The position numbers were made by a program, and so were the translations under genes. A DNA stretch of 35,626 nt from Myxococcota bacterium (lineage in GTDB: Bacteria; Myxococcota; UBA4151). Where the stretch lies: the NCBI GenBank assembly GCA_040260805.1, contig JBDQPD010000029.1, positions 1 through 35,626 of the forward strand. The letters are read 5' to 3'. Every line of letters starts with the position of its first letter. Positions within the stretch are counted from its first letter, which is position 1. Shown here piece by piece: positions 8,430-18,063 of this stretch. The notes under the pieces are model-generated. The model did no database searches, was not told the origin of the DNA, and saw nothing but the letters and a program-made list of their open reading frames with translations.

Positions 8430-10286
8430 ATGAGGTTGAAGTCTAGTGTCTTGATCGCGCTGTGTTGGAATCTCGCGTGCGCCGAGCAGGTCGTGGTCCG
8501 AGAGACCGAAGGTCAATGCGGTAACGGTTCGGTGGAAGCGGGCGAAGCCTGCGATGACGGCAACGAGGTGAACACTGACGCTTGCACGAACGGCTGCGAC
8601 GTCGCCCGCTGCGGTGACGGTGTGTCGCGAGCGGACATCGAGCCAGGCGCTGAGGGCGCCGAGGTCTGTGATGACGGCAACGACGTCGACGCCGACGCGT
8701 GCAACAACGCCTGCCAGCCGGCGCGCTGCGGCGACGGGATCGTGCGGATGGACCAGTCCGAGGGCGACGACGATTTTGAAGCCTGTGACGATGGCAACGA
8801 CGTGGACACGGACCTGTGCCTGAGTAACTGCGTGGAGGCAGTTTGCGGTGATGGCATCGTGCGCGAGGACCTTGATGTGGATGCGCCCGGCTACGAAGCC
8901 TGTGATGACGGCAACCAGGCTCAAGATGATGCCTGCTTGAACACCTGCGAGGAGGCTCGCTGCGGCGATGGAGTCCTTGGTCCCGATGAGGGCTGCGATG
9001 ACGGCAACGACGACCCGACGGACGAATGCAACGGCTGCCAGCCTGCCACCTGCGGCGACGGGGTGGTGCAGTCCCCCGAGATCTGTGACGACGGCAATGA
9101 CGACCAAACCGACGCCTGCTTGTCGAGCTGTGCCCCCGCTCAATGCGGTGACGGATACCTGCGCGCCGGCGTGGAGACCTGCGATGATGGCAACGCAAAT
9201 CAGCGAGACGCCTGCACGGCTGCCTGCGTTCCAGCGCTCTGCGGGGACGCTATTTTACGCAACGATCTCGAGGTCGCAGATGAGGGTTATGAAGCCTGTG
9301 ATGATGGCAACGTTGAGCCGGGTGACGGCTGCTCAGCGCTGTGCCGTCGAGAGGTCTGCGGCAACGGGATCGTGGATCCAAACGAAGCCTGTGATGATGG
9401 CAACGACAATCAAAATGATGCCTGCTTGAGCAACTGCGTTGTCGCACGCTGCGGCGATGGCGTCGTTCAGGTGGGCGAGGAGGCGTGCGACGACGCCAAC
9501 GAAGACCTGACCGATGGCTGCATGAACGACTGCACGCTCGCGACTTGCGGCGATGGGCAGATCCAAGCAGGCGTCGAAGCGTGCGATGACGGCAACCAAG
9601 TCGACGGCGATGACTGCACCAACCAATGCGACCTTGCGCGCTGCGGAGACGGGGTACTTCATGACGGTCAAGAGGCTTGCGATGATGGCAACCAGGTTCA
9701 GACCGATGCCTGCCTCAACAACTGCGAATTGGCGCGCTGCGGTGACGGTCAGGTTCAAGACAACGTCGAGGCTTGCGATGACGGCAACCAGGTCCAGACC
9801 GATGGTTGCTTGAACACTTGCGCGGTCGCCTCGTGCGGTGACGGGGTCACTCAAGCGGGTGTCGAGGCTTGTGATGACGGCAACAACGCCAACGGCGACG
9901 GCTGCTCATCCGAATGCCAGAATGAGGCACCGGATACGATCTGGGTCTTCGCCAATTACAACGGAGTCGGCACTCAGTTCAATGCGGGTACGCAGTACAA
10001 CGGCAGCATCAGCTGCTCGGCGACCTGCGCTCATGTGGGCCGCACCGCGGTGGGGGTGCGCTATGTCTGCAATTCATGGAATGGCGGCAGCCAAGAGTCC
10101 TGTTCGCCGGCGAACCATAATCAATGGGCTCCGACGATGTGCGCGAACTACATCGAAAATAACGTCTACCGCGATGTCGGCCACAGCGAATGCGGCAACA
10201 CAGAGCCTGCCTTGAGAATGTGTCTTAACGGCACCTGCAGGGAGAGCGTCACCTGGCATGCTTTGAGCTGCGAATGCCGACGTTAG
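8430..10286 (+). CDS. Probable lipoprotein with 14 Myxococcus cysteine-rich (DUF4215-type) repeats and an unrecognised Cys-rich C-terminal domain
   Basis: Short signal ending in LAC, then 14 copies of CG[DN][GA]-x-E-x-CDD[GA]N-x-D-x-C-x-C, then a distinct C-terminal domain of about 119 aa. Confidence 0.85.
   Translation: MRLKSSVLIALCWNLACAEQVVVRETEGQCGNGSVEAGEACDDGNEVNTDACTNGCDVARCGDGVSRADIEPGAEGAEVCDDGNDVDADACNNACQPARCGDGIVRMDQSEGDDDFEACDDGNDVDTDLCLSNCVEAVCGDGIVREDLDVDAPGYEACDDGNQAQDDACLNTCEEARCGDGVLGPDEGCDDGNDDPTDECNGCQPATCGDGVVQSPEICDDGNDDQTDACLSSCAPAQCGDGYLRAGVETCDDGNANQRDACTAACVPALCGDAILRNDLEVADEGYEACDDGNVEPGDGCSALCRREVCGNGIVDPNEACDDGNDNQNDACLSNCVVARCGDGVVQVGEEACDDANEDLTDGCMNDCTLATCGDGQIQAGVEACDDGNQVDGDDCTNQCDLARCGDGVLHDGQEACDDGNQVQTDACLNNCELARCGDGQVQDNVEACDDGNQVQTDGCLNTCAVASCGDGVTQAGVEACDDGNNANGDGCSSECQNEAPDTIWVFANYNGVGTQFNAGTQYNGSISCSATCAHVGRTAVGVRYVCNSWNGGSQESCSPANHNQWAPTMCANYIENNVYRDVGHSECGNTEPALRMCLNGTCRESVTWHALSCECRR
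8517..9926 (+). repeat. Coding tandem array of 14 Cys-rich repeats (about 30-39 aa each)
   Basis: Recurrent tg(c/t)ga(t/c)ga(c/t)ggcaac and tgcgg(c/t)ga(c/t)gg at the DNA level. Units counted by hand. Confidence 0.85.
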
Positions 10287-10296
10287 CGGGGCGTGA

Positions 10297-11736
10297 TTGA
10301 TACCGCTTCGCGCTACCGTTTTAACGCCTTTCTTTCGGCTCGTTCGATGGTTTGGTGCCCGCCTCGTGAGCTTATTTTATCGAGAGGTTAAGCACAGCGG
10401 GCGTGAGCGGGTGCCCAAGGATAAGCCTGTTCTTTTAGCCGCTAATCACCCCAATTCGGTGATGGACCCGATCGTGCTCATGACCTCGTTCAAGAGGCCG
10501 GTGCACTTTCTTGCTCGGGCGGGCTTGTTTCGTTTTCGGCTGGTCGCCTGGCTGCTGCGCACCTTCCACGCCATCCCGGTCTATCGTCGCCAAGATGGGG
10601 GCGATATGGGCGGTAATCGGGATGCATTTGCAGCCACCCACGAAGTCCTCGAGCGAGGGGGCGTCGTCGGTATTTTTCCCCACGGGCACAACGTGGAGGA
10701 GCGCAGGGTTGAAGCGATTCGAAGCGGCGCCGCCCGAATCGCTCTGGGTGCCGAGGCGGCGCATGGATGGACGCTTGGGCTGACCGTCGTTCCGATCGGC
10801 ATGAACTATGAAGATCGGGACCGATTCAACTCGCGTGTGCTGGTGCGCTGGGGTGAGCCAATTCGGGTCTTAGACTATGCGCAGCGCTACGAAGAGGCGG
10901 CCCAAGAAGCTGTCAAGGAGCTCACCCAAGAGCTGCTCGAGGGCATGCGTGAGACCGCCGTCCACTTGGACGAAAACGTTGAGCGTGATGCGGTTGAGTT
11001 GGTGCGGCGTTTGTACGCTCATCAGCTGCATAAGGATTTGATCGGTGAGCCTGAGATTCTTGAGGATCGATTCTTCCTGGAGCGACGCATCGGCGAGGCG
11101 ATCGCCTGGACTCGGACTGAAATGCCTGAGCGCGTCGAGGCTTTGCTCGGGAATATGGAGCGTCATCACACCTTGATGCAGCGTATTCATCTTCGTGAGC
11201 GCGCCTTTAAGGGCGGCGAGGGGAACCTAAAATATCGACGGACTGCGCTGCGCTCGACGCTGAAGATGCTGCTGGGTCTGCCCCTGGCGGCTTGGGGACT
11301 GGTTCACAATATCGTCCCTTATCGCGCGGCGGCGACCTCGACTCGAATTGCCGCTGAAGAGGCGATCGTCGCCGTCATCGCGTTCTTGTCAGGGATCGTC
11401 TGGTTTTCGCTCTGGTATGCGCTGCTTGCTTATGCGGTGTACGGCATCAGCGGCTCACTGGTTGCGACCATTGTTTACGCGATCAGCGTTCCAGGTTCGG
11501 GTCTGTTTGCCCTGGCTTATATTCGCTGGTTGCGCTCGGCTCGATGTGAGGTGCTCGCGGGTTTGATCTTGCGGCGTCACCCGAGCTTGCTCGCTAAACT
11601 CCGTGAGGAGCGCAGCGTGATTCTGCGCGAACTTGCGGCGCTGCAAGAGCTCTTTTTAGCGGCTAATGGCAGCGAGATTACGGAGTATTTAGAGCGGCGA
11701 TCTTCGCCGCCGTTAACCGGTCGTGCTGAGCGATAG
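10297..11736 (+). CDS. PlsC-like lysophospholipid/glycerol-3-phosphate acyltransferase with C-terminal membrane helices
   Basis: NHPNSVMDP (HxxxxD), FLAR, IPVYRRQD, GIFPHG, VPIGMNY and three hydrophobic C-terminal segments. TTG start is uncertain. Confidence 0.85.
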   Translation: MIPLRATVLTPFFRLVRWFGARLVSLFYREVKHSGRERVPKDKPVLLAANHPNSVMDPIVLMTSFKRPVHFLARAGLFRFRLVAWLLRTFHAIPVYRRQDGGDMGGNRDAFAATHEVLERGGVVGIFPHGHNVEERRVEAIRSGAARIALGAEAAHGWTLGLTVVPIGMNYEDRDRFNSRVLVRWGEPIRVLDYAQRYEEAAQEAVKELTQELLEGMRETAVHLDENVERDAVELVRRLYAHQLHKDLIGEPEILEDRFFLERRIGEAIAWTRTEMPERVEALLGNMERHHTLMQRIHLRERAFKGGEGNLKYRRTALRSTLKMLLGLPLAAWGLVHNIVPYRAAATSTRIAAEEAIVAVIAFLSGIVWFSLWYALLAYAVYGISGSLVATIVYAISVPGSGLFALAYIRWLRSARCEVLAGLILRRHPSLLAKLREERSVILRELAALQELFLAANGSEITEYLERRSSPPLTGRAER

Positions 11737-13279
11737 CGTTCATCCAAAGTTGGTGCTGCTCGATGCATTCCGCCTCAGACCAGTGGAGCAAATCGCCGAC
11801 CGCACGCGCTAGCTCTAGGGTCCTGCCGTGCCAAGGTAGGTCCTCGGTCGTGAGCATGGTGCGGCGCGCGAACAGATCGTCCAGCGTGGCTGCAAACTCC
11901 ATAGCGGTCGCGTGGAGCACTTCGGCTTTGATCAGAGGTAAACCTTCAACCAAAGGCTCAGCGAGATCTGGCTGCGCTTCGATTTGGTCGAGGATCGGAC
12001 GAGCATAAGGTCCATAGACCCTTGCGAGTCGCTCAAACAGCGGCTCGGCGAGCGCGCTCGGCCGGTCGCTCTCGGTCAGCGGCTCTTGAACCGGTTTTCG
12101 CCCCCGGGTGGTGTGGCGAACTTTGCGTTTGAGCAGCTTGGCTGCCTGATGGATGGTCTCTTCAGCCAGGCTGCGATGAGTGGTCAGTTTACCCCCTAAC
12201 AGGGTCAACAAACCCTTCTGACCTCGGGCGTCGCGTGGACCGACGACTTTGTGCGCGCGGCTGACCTTGCCCTCTTTGACCCGCTTGCCTCCAGCGCGCA
12301 CCAGGGGACGAATCCCTGCGCGCGTGAGGATGATGTCCTCATGCTGATAGTTGGCATTGGGGAGCAGCTGGTTAGCCTCATCTAAGAGGTACTCAATCTC
12401 GGGTTTCGTGGCGTACCAGTGGTCGGGTTGGTCATGATAAATATCGGTGGTGCCTACCCACAGCGAATCGCCCCAGGGGATTAAGAAGAAGGGGCGCCCA
12501 TCGCTGCGCGCTTGGACGTACAAACCGGAGGCCGGATGATCGGACCGGCGCGGCAGCATGATGTGGCTGCCTCTGGTGGTGTGCAGCATGGGCGGCGTTC
12601 GAGTCTCAGATCGCTGCATGAGCTGATCCACCCAATGCCCGGTCGCGTTGACCACCACCGGAGCATAGAGCAAGCGACCGTCGTCAAGCTCGACCCCAAC
12701 GACTCGATCCTCTTCACGGATTAGCGACTCGACGCGCACGCCGAGATCGCAGCTCGCCCCGTCGTGAACTGCGTCGGTCATCAGCTCGACGACCAATCGC
12801 TCTGGGTAGCGAACCTGCGCATCGAGATAGCGCAGCCCACCACGCAAGCCGTCTTCGCGCAGGTCGGGAAACTGTCGCCGCATGGCTTGAGTGTTGAGGG
12901 TGCGAACGGCGCCGCCAAAGGGTCTGCCAGCCATCGCCTCGTAGAGCCAAAGCCCGAGCCTCAAGGTGGCGATCCAATGCGGGTCACCCTCTTGTACGGC
13001 GAGCTGAAGCTCCAGTTCACTGACACGCCACGGGCGCTGTCGAAGCAGCAGCTCGCGCTCACGCAGGGACTCGAAGACCAGCCCAAACTCAAAGTGTTCA
13101 AGGTACCGAAGACCACCGTGAATCAGACGCGTCGAGCCGGCGCTGGTGCCGTAGCAAAGATCACGAGCTTCGATCAGGTGAGCGTGGAGGCCGCTCAGAG
13201 CAGCCTCACGGGCTACCGCAGCACCGTTGATTCCTCCACCGATGATGATGATGTCTGCATCAGCATGTGAGTGACTCAT
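11678..13279 (-). CDS. glpD: FAD-dependent glycerol-3-phosphate dehydrogenase
   Basis: IIGGGINGA, GTSAGSTRLIHGGLRYLE, VVNATGHW, RGSHI, VGTTD, AGIRPL, GGKLTT and DDLFARRT. Start at ATG 13279 forms an ATGA overlap with the upstream stop. Confidence 0.92.
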   Translation of the reverse strand: MSHSHADADIIIIGGGINGAAVAREAALSGLHAHLIEARDLCYGTSAGSTRLIHGGLRYLEHFEFGLVFESLRERELLLRQRPWRVSELELQLAVQEGDPHWIATLRLGLWLYEAMAGRPFGGAVRTLNTQAMRRQFPDLREDGLRGGLRYLDAQVRYPERLVVELMTDAVHDGASCDLGVRVESLIREEDRVVGVELDDGRLLYAPVVVNATGHWVDQLMQRSETRTPPMLHTTRGSHIMLPRRSDHPASGLYVQARSDGRPFFLIPWGDSLWVGTTDIYHDQPDHWYATKPEIEYLLDEANQLLPNANYQHEDIILTRAGIRPLVRAGGKRVKEGKVSRAHKVVGPRDARGQKGLLTLLGGKLTTHRSLAEETIHQAAKLLKRKVRHTTRGRKPVQEPLTESDRPSALAEPLFERLARVYGPYARPILDQIEAQPDLAEPLVEGLPLIKAEVLHATAMEFAATLDDLFARRTMLTTEDLPWHGRTLELARAVGDLLHWSEAECIEQHQLWMNAIAQHDRLTAAKIAALNTP

Positions 13280-14526
13280 CGCTGCTCTAACTCTCCGGTG
13301 ACGCACAACGTGGCGGTGCATATAGCCCCTGCCGGATTCCCTTGGTCGTCTTCAAGTTCATTGCACGAAAACCCGCGCGGGCAGTCTCGAACGTCACGAC
13401 AGCCAAGCGCACAGGCTTTGCCTAAACTGTTCCCGTCACGGTCTTGATAATCGATGCACAGCGTATCGCTACCATGACGCTGCTCGGGGCTGCAGTCATC
13501 GCTGTCTTGGCAAGCGGCGCAGTAGCCATCGGGGAAGTCGAAGCAGGCGCCTTGTTCCACGCCCTCGGGGCAGGCTTGCCCTGAATCATCAAGTCCATTG
13601 GCGCAGCAAAACTGCCCGAGTCCGCAATCGAGCTCTTTGGTTCTGCAAGGACGCGTCGCGCATTGCCCCTCTCGGCAGATTTGCATCGAAGAGCAGTGTT
13701 GGTCGGTCAGACAGCCCTCGCGGCATTCCCTGCTGTCGGTGTCGCAATAGATCCCAAACCGAGGCGGACAGTCCGAATCGCTTGAGCACCCTGGCAGTCG
13801 GCAGCGCTCCTCGCGGCAGCTAAAGCCCTCAGCGCAGTCTTCATCGCCGCCACAGCCTGGACCACAGCGTCCATCATCGTGGCAGTTTTGGTTGCTTGGG
13901 CAGGACCCGACCTCGCAGCGAGGACGACACATTCCCGTGACCGCATCGCAAGTGCCTTGGTCGGGGCAATCGCTGTCGATGCGGCAAAAGGCGAGGCAGA
14001 GCCCAGGCTCTCCACGCCGTTGAGCGCAGAGCAAGCCCTGCGGACAATCGGCGTCTTCGGTACAGCCCATAGGCGTTCCGCATTGTGCGGGCAGGCAATA
14101 GCCGCCTGGATCGCGCACCAAACCCGCTGGGCACTCGCGCGCCGAACTCTCTAGAGCGCAGACTCGCCGGTCGCCCTGGGTGACGCAGGGGTTCGCCAGC
14201 CCACTGACCAGATCTAAACCACATTGCGCGGCGGCGCTGCACGGAGCGCACAAGGGGCGCGCTCGCCGGCAGGTTCGGTCCTCACAGCGCTCGCCGGTTT
14301 GGCAATTGAAGTCTTGGTCACAGGCGTTGCCCGCGGTGCAACTTCCGGCCCCGTCGCAGACCTGGCCAGCGCCGCATTCATCGTCATAGCGGCAACCTTG
14401 AGCCACTGAGCTACCGGAGCCTACCGCTGCGTCGATCGCACCTTGAGACCCGACATCACCCGAATTGGTAGCATCGGTGCTGCTGCATCCCGCTATTCCA
14501 AGCGCTAAAGCTAAAACAAGCCGCAT
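13276..14526 (-). CDS. Cysteine-rich lipoprotein with repeated C-x-x-D-x-D-C modules
   Basis: Lipobox MRLVLALALGIAG|C with AAGGAG RBS (start moved from 14652). Many CxxDxDC units such as CTEDADC, CRIDSDC and CSSDSDC. Confidence 0.8.
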   Translation of the reverse strand: MRLVLALALGIAGCSSTDATNSGDVGSQGAIDAAVGSGSSVAQGCRYDDECGAGQVCDGAGSCTAGNACDQDFNCQTGERCEDRTCRRARPLCAPCSAAAQCGLDLVSGLANPCVTQGDRRVCALESSARECPAGLVRDPGGYCLPAQCGTPMGCTEDADCPQGLLCAQRRGEPGLCLAFCRIDSDCPDQGTCDAVTGMCRPRCEVGSCPSNQNCHDDGRCGPGCGGDEDCAEGFSCREERCRLPGCSSDSDCPPRFGIYCDTDSRECREGCLTDQHCSSMQICREGQCATRPCRTKELDCGLGQFCCANGLDDSGQACPEGVEQGACFDFPDGYCAACQDSDDCSPEQRHGSDTLCIDYQDRDGNSLGKACALGCRDVRDCPRGFSCNELEDDQGNPAGAICTATLCVTGELEQR

Positions 14527-14576
14527 CAAACCGCTCCTTGCCTTCTGACCTGCCGGTCCCCTAACGCAGAAAGACC

Positions 14577-15068
14577 ATGCATCCGAAGAACATCTTCCAC
14601 TTACGCCCACTTGTCCTCGTTCTTGGCGTTTTGCTCGGGACATCAGGCTCATGCCACCTCGTGAATGTTTGGAGTGATTCGATCACCCAGGAGCGGTTGG
14701 TCAGCGAGGGTGTTGAAGTGATGGCGAGCGTCCATGAACTCAACGGTGAAGCCTGGGTGAGCGCACGCACCAACGAATCCGGCGCAAGTCACTGCCAATG
14801 GCACGTGACCTATCTGGACATCGAATGCATCGAGATCTTTGCCTTGCCTTGCCCAAGTGGGATCAAATCAACCCCGCTCATCTACCTTGAAGACGACCCG
14901 ACGGTCTGCCGAGTCTTGAGCCGGTCGGCCGTCGCCGCTGAGCAAGAAGTCGTTGAAAATAGCAGCAAAGGATGGCTGGTGACTGGCTTTGGCCTAGGCT
15001 TGCTTGCGCTTGCGAGTAGGCGCAGCAAAGAGCCGGCCCCTCAAGTGCCGGTCAAAGATCAAAATTGA
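14577..15068 (+). CDS. Hypothetical membrane protein with two TM segments, possibly DUF3592-like
   Basis: N- and C-terminal hydrophobic stretches flank GVEVMASV...IYLEDDP. Fills the gap between flanking genes. Confidence 0.6.
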   Translation: MHPKNIFHLRPLVLVLGVLLGTSGSCHLVNVWSDSITQERLVSEGVEVMASVHELNGEAWVSARTNESGASHCQWHVTYLDIECIEIFALPCPSGIKSTPLIYLEDDPTVCRVLSRSAVAAEQEVVENSSKGWLVTGFGLGLLALASRRSKEPAPQVPVKDQN

Positions 15069-15127
15069 TGCGCCTTGCCGCAGTTTTTGGGCTGTGGCAG
15101 GCAGAGTCGGACGACGGAGCGTAGTGT

Positions 15128-16924
15128 ATGAGCCAAGAATCGTTAGGCCTCTTTGATGGTCACGAAGAATCAGAGACCACCCAGACCGCCGAGGCACCGA
15201 TAAAGGCGAGCGAAAAAGCACCTGTCGATGAGGGTGAACTTGCGGCTGGAGAAGCTGACGACGCCGAACCGATCGAGGCCGGCGACAAGCCCAAAGCAAA
15301 ACCTAAACGGCGCTCGAATGCGCGCGCGATGGCCAAGGGTCAGCGAGCGATTTCGATCTCTGAGTTCTTCACCAAGAATCGTCACCTCTTGGGGTTTGAT
15401 AACCCCTCAAAAGCCCTGCTCACCGCCGTGCGTGAGGCGGTTGACAATGCCCTAGATGCCGCCGAAGAGGCGGGCATTTTGCCGCATATTACAGTCGAAA
15501 TCTCGCAGGTTAAAGGAAAGTCAGATCGTTATCGGATGTTGGTTCGAGACCTAGGTCCCGGCATCATCAAACGTCAGATCGGTCGGATCTTTGGCAAGCT
15601 GCTTTATGGCTCGAAGTTCCACCGGCTCAAGCAAAGCCGAGGGCAGCAAGGGATCGGAATCTCCGCTGCCGGGATGTATGCGCAGATTACGACCGGGCGC
15701 GACATTGAGGTGATCTCAAAGACGGGCAAACGCCGGCCTGCGAACCGCGTTGAAATGCGTATCGATACCAAGCGTAACGAACCTAAATACAAGCTCGAAG
15801 AAGAAATTGAGTGGGAATACGACCACGGCACCGAGATCGTGATGGTGATGAGCGCTGTGTACAAAGGCGGGAAACATGGCGTCGCTGAGTTCCTCAGGCA
15901 GACGGCGCTGTCGAACCCTCACGCCCACATCGAATTTCAGCCGCCGCGTGGCGAGCGGGTCATTTACGAGCGAAATGTTCATGATTTGCCGTTAGAGCCG
16001 GTAGAGATTCAGCCGCATCCCCACGGCGTCGAGCTCGGTATTTTGATGCGTATGATGCACGACACCAAGCGCCGTAACCTCACCGACTTCTTGCGCGAAG
16101 AGTTCTGCCGCGTGTCGAGCAGGGTCGCCGAAGAGATGATCGCAGCCGCGGCAAAAAATATCCCGGATCGAAGCCGCTCGCAGCTGATTCGGCGCAACCC
16201 GAAGATGATGCAAAGGCATGAAGCCGAAGCGCTGTATCGGGTGATGCAAGATACCAAACTGATGGCGCCGCCGACCAATTGTCTGAGTCCCATTGGTCCG
16301 GACGCGATGATCACGGGTTTGTTCTCCTTGTTTGATCCAGGTGAACACGACGAGGATGAGTTCTTTGTCACCAGCGAGACCAGGTCACCCGCCGTTTACC
16401 GCGGCAACCCGTTTCAAGTGGAAGTGGGGATTGTGCACGGCAAAGGGCTTCAAGGGGACACTCAGGCGGAGGTGTTCCGCTTCGCTAACCGCGTGCCGCT
16501 TCAGTACCAGTTTGGAGCGTGCGCTGTGACCAAAGCGGTGACCTCATTGAACTGGCGACAGTATCACCTCCAGCAGCCGCGCGGAGGTCTGCCCATCGGA
16601 CCGATGGTGGTGGCGGTTCATATCGCCTCAGGGTGGGTGCCTTACACCTCCGAGTCGAAAGAGGCGATTGCGCACTACCCAGAGATTTTAGCCGAGCTTA
16701 GGCTCGCTTTGCAGGTCTGTGCGCGCCGGTTAGCCAAGCACATTAAGCGTAAGCGACGCGCCGCTGATGAGCTGAAAAAACGCGCATACATTACCAATTA
16801 CGTCGGCCCGATCGCCGACGCGCTCGACGAAATTTTAGGTCTACCCGATGGTGAGACCAAAGCGATCGAGGGGCACCTCGAAGCGATCATCACCGAGACC
16901 CGTGGTGGGGAAGTCAAAGCATGA
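15128..16924 (+). CDS. top6B: DNA topoisomerase VI subunit B
   Basis: ISISEFFTKNRHLLGF, GHKL motifs REAVDNALDA, DLGPGI and GSKFHRLKQSRGQQGIGISAA, then PHPHG, FANRVPL and VPYTSESKEAIA. GGAG RBS. Confidence 0.96.
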   Translation: MSQESLGLFDGHEESETTQTAEAPIKASEKAPVDEGELAAGEADDAEPIEAGDKPKAKPKRRSNARAMAKGQRAISISEFFTKNRHLLGFDNPSKALLTAVREAVDNALDAAEEAGILPHITVEISQVKGKSDRYRMLVRDLGPGIIKRQIGRIFGKLLYGSKFHRLKQSRGQQGIGISAAGMYAQITTGRDIEVISKTGKRRPANRVEMRIDTKRNEPKYKLEEEIEWEYDHGTEIVMVMSAVYKGGKHGVAEFLRQTALSNPHAHIEFQPPRGERVIYERNVHDLPLEPVEIQPHPHGVELGILMRMMHDTKRRNLTDFLREEFCRVSSRVAEEMIAAAAKNIPDRSRSQLIRRNPKMMQRHEAEALYRVMQDTKLMAPPTNCLSPIGPDAMITGLFSLFDPGEHDEDEFFVTSETRSPAVYRGNPFQVEVGIVHGKGLQGDTQAEVFRFANRVPLQYQFGACAVTKAVTSLNWRQYHLQQPRGGLPIGPMVVAVHIASGWVPYTSESKEAIAHYPEILAELRLALQVCARRLAKHIKRKRRAADELKKRAYITNYVGPIADALDEILGLPDGETKAIEGHLEAIITETRGGEVKA

Positions 16925-18063
16925 GCAAGTCGAAGAAAGACATCACCAAAATGACGCCTGAAGAGGCGGATAAAGCAACGATCGATGCGATCAATAAGGT
17001 CGCCAAAGAGATCTATAAAGACATCAAGAAGGAGCGCGCTCCCGAGCTGGTGAGCCCGCAGCGTTCGCTCAAGAACGTGTTGCCGTTTCGCAAGCGGATC
17101 GGGTTTCTCGAGCTGGGTGATAAGAAGAAGACGCGCACCTTGTCCGTGAACACGGTCAAGACCTTTGCCCAGAGCCTCAAGATGATGGGGTTGAGTAAAG
17201 AGCTGGTTCAGACCAACGACTTTGCGACCAAGAGGGACGCTTATTACCAGAGCAAAAACTGGGGCACGGCGGCGTTTAAAGATCAGCCCGAATCCGATAC
17301 CGTCATGGACGATATGGAAGCGCTGATGAGTCGCTACGGGCTTGGGCGCGAGCATTTGCGGTATGTTCCGGACGAGCACGGCGGGAGCGTTGCAGGCGCG
17401 CTGAAGGTTCATGATCGAGACCTCGAAACAGGTGAGCCCGAGATTATCGACTGCACGCGCTTTGGCTCAGGCGCTTATTCGATCCCATCTTGGGTTGAGC
17501 ACCTCACCTTTGAGACCGACGCGGAGTTTGTTTTATGCGTCGAGACTGCGGGTATGTTTCAGCGCCTTCAGAGCCATAAGTTTTGGCGCAAAAAGAACTG
17601 TATTTTGGTCTCGCTCGGTGGTGTCCCTTCCCGCGCCTGCCGCCGCTTCGTGCGTCGCCTGAGCGAGCAAGCGGATATCCCGGTTTATGCCTTTGTGGAT
17701 TGCGACCCTTACGGCATCGCCAACATCTATCGCTCGCTCAAAGTCGGCAGCGGCAATGCTGCGCACGTGAATCATCTGTTCTGCGTCCCTAAGGCGCGCT
17801 TTTTGGGGGTCACGCCCGAGGACATCAAAAAGTATAAGCTGCCGACGCATCCGCTCAAAGATATTGACGTCAAACGTGCCAACGATGCGCTCAACAATGA
17901 CCCGTTTTTCCAAGCTCATCCGCGCTGGCAGGCGGCGATTAACGGACTGTTGAATATGGGCGTTCGTGCCGAGCAACAGGCTCTGGCTCGGTGGGGACTG
18001 AACTACGTGATGGAAGAATATCTTCCCGAAAAGCTCGACAATCCGAAGCGCTTCTTACCCTAG
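16921..18063 (+). CDS. top6A: DNA topoisomerase VI subunit A (Spo11-like)
   Basis: Catalytic Tyr region TKRDAYY, FKDQPESD, Toprim VETAGMFQRL and DCDPYG, and AEQQAL. ATGA overlap with top6B. Confidence 0.96.
   Translation: MSKSKKDITKMTPEEADKATIDAINKVAKEIYKDIKKERAPELVSPQRSLKNVLPFRKRIGFLELGDKKKTRTLSVNTVKTFAQSLKMMGLSKELVQTNDFATKRDAYYQSKNWGTAAFKDQPESDTVMDDMEALMSRYGLGREHLRYVPDEHGGSVAGALKVHDRDLETGEPEIIDCTRFGSGAYSIPSWVEHLTFETDAEFVLCVETAGMFQRLQSHKFWRKKNCILVSLGGVPSRACRRFVRRLSEQADIPVYAFVDCDPYGIANIYRSLKVGSGNAAHVNHLFCVPKARFLGVTPEDIKKYKLPTHPLKDIDVKRANDALNNDPFFQAHPRWQAAINGLLNMGVRAEQQALARWGLNYVMEEYLPEKLDNPKRFLP

Noticed and set aside
8187..9854. Long minus-strand ORFs (318, 251 and 173 aa) with repetitive VVAVIAG or His/Arg-rich text
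   Set aside because: Reverse-frame read-outs of the Cys/Asp repeat gene.
8517..9926. Regularly spaced DNA repeats resembling a CRISPR array
   Set aside because: The repeats are degenerate at third codon positions, in frame and protein-coding. No cas genes are present.
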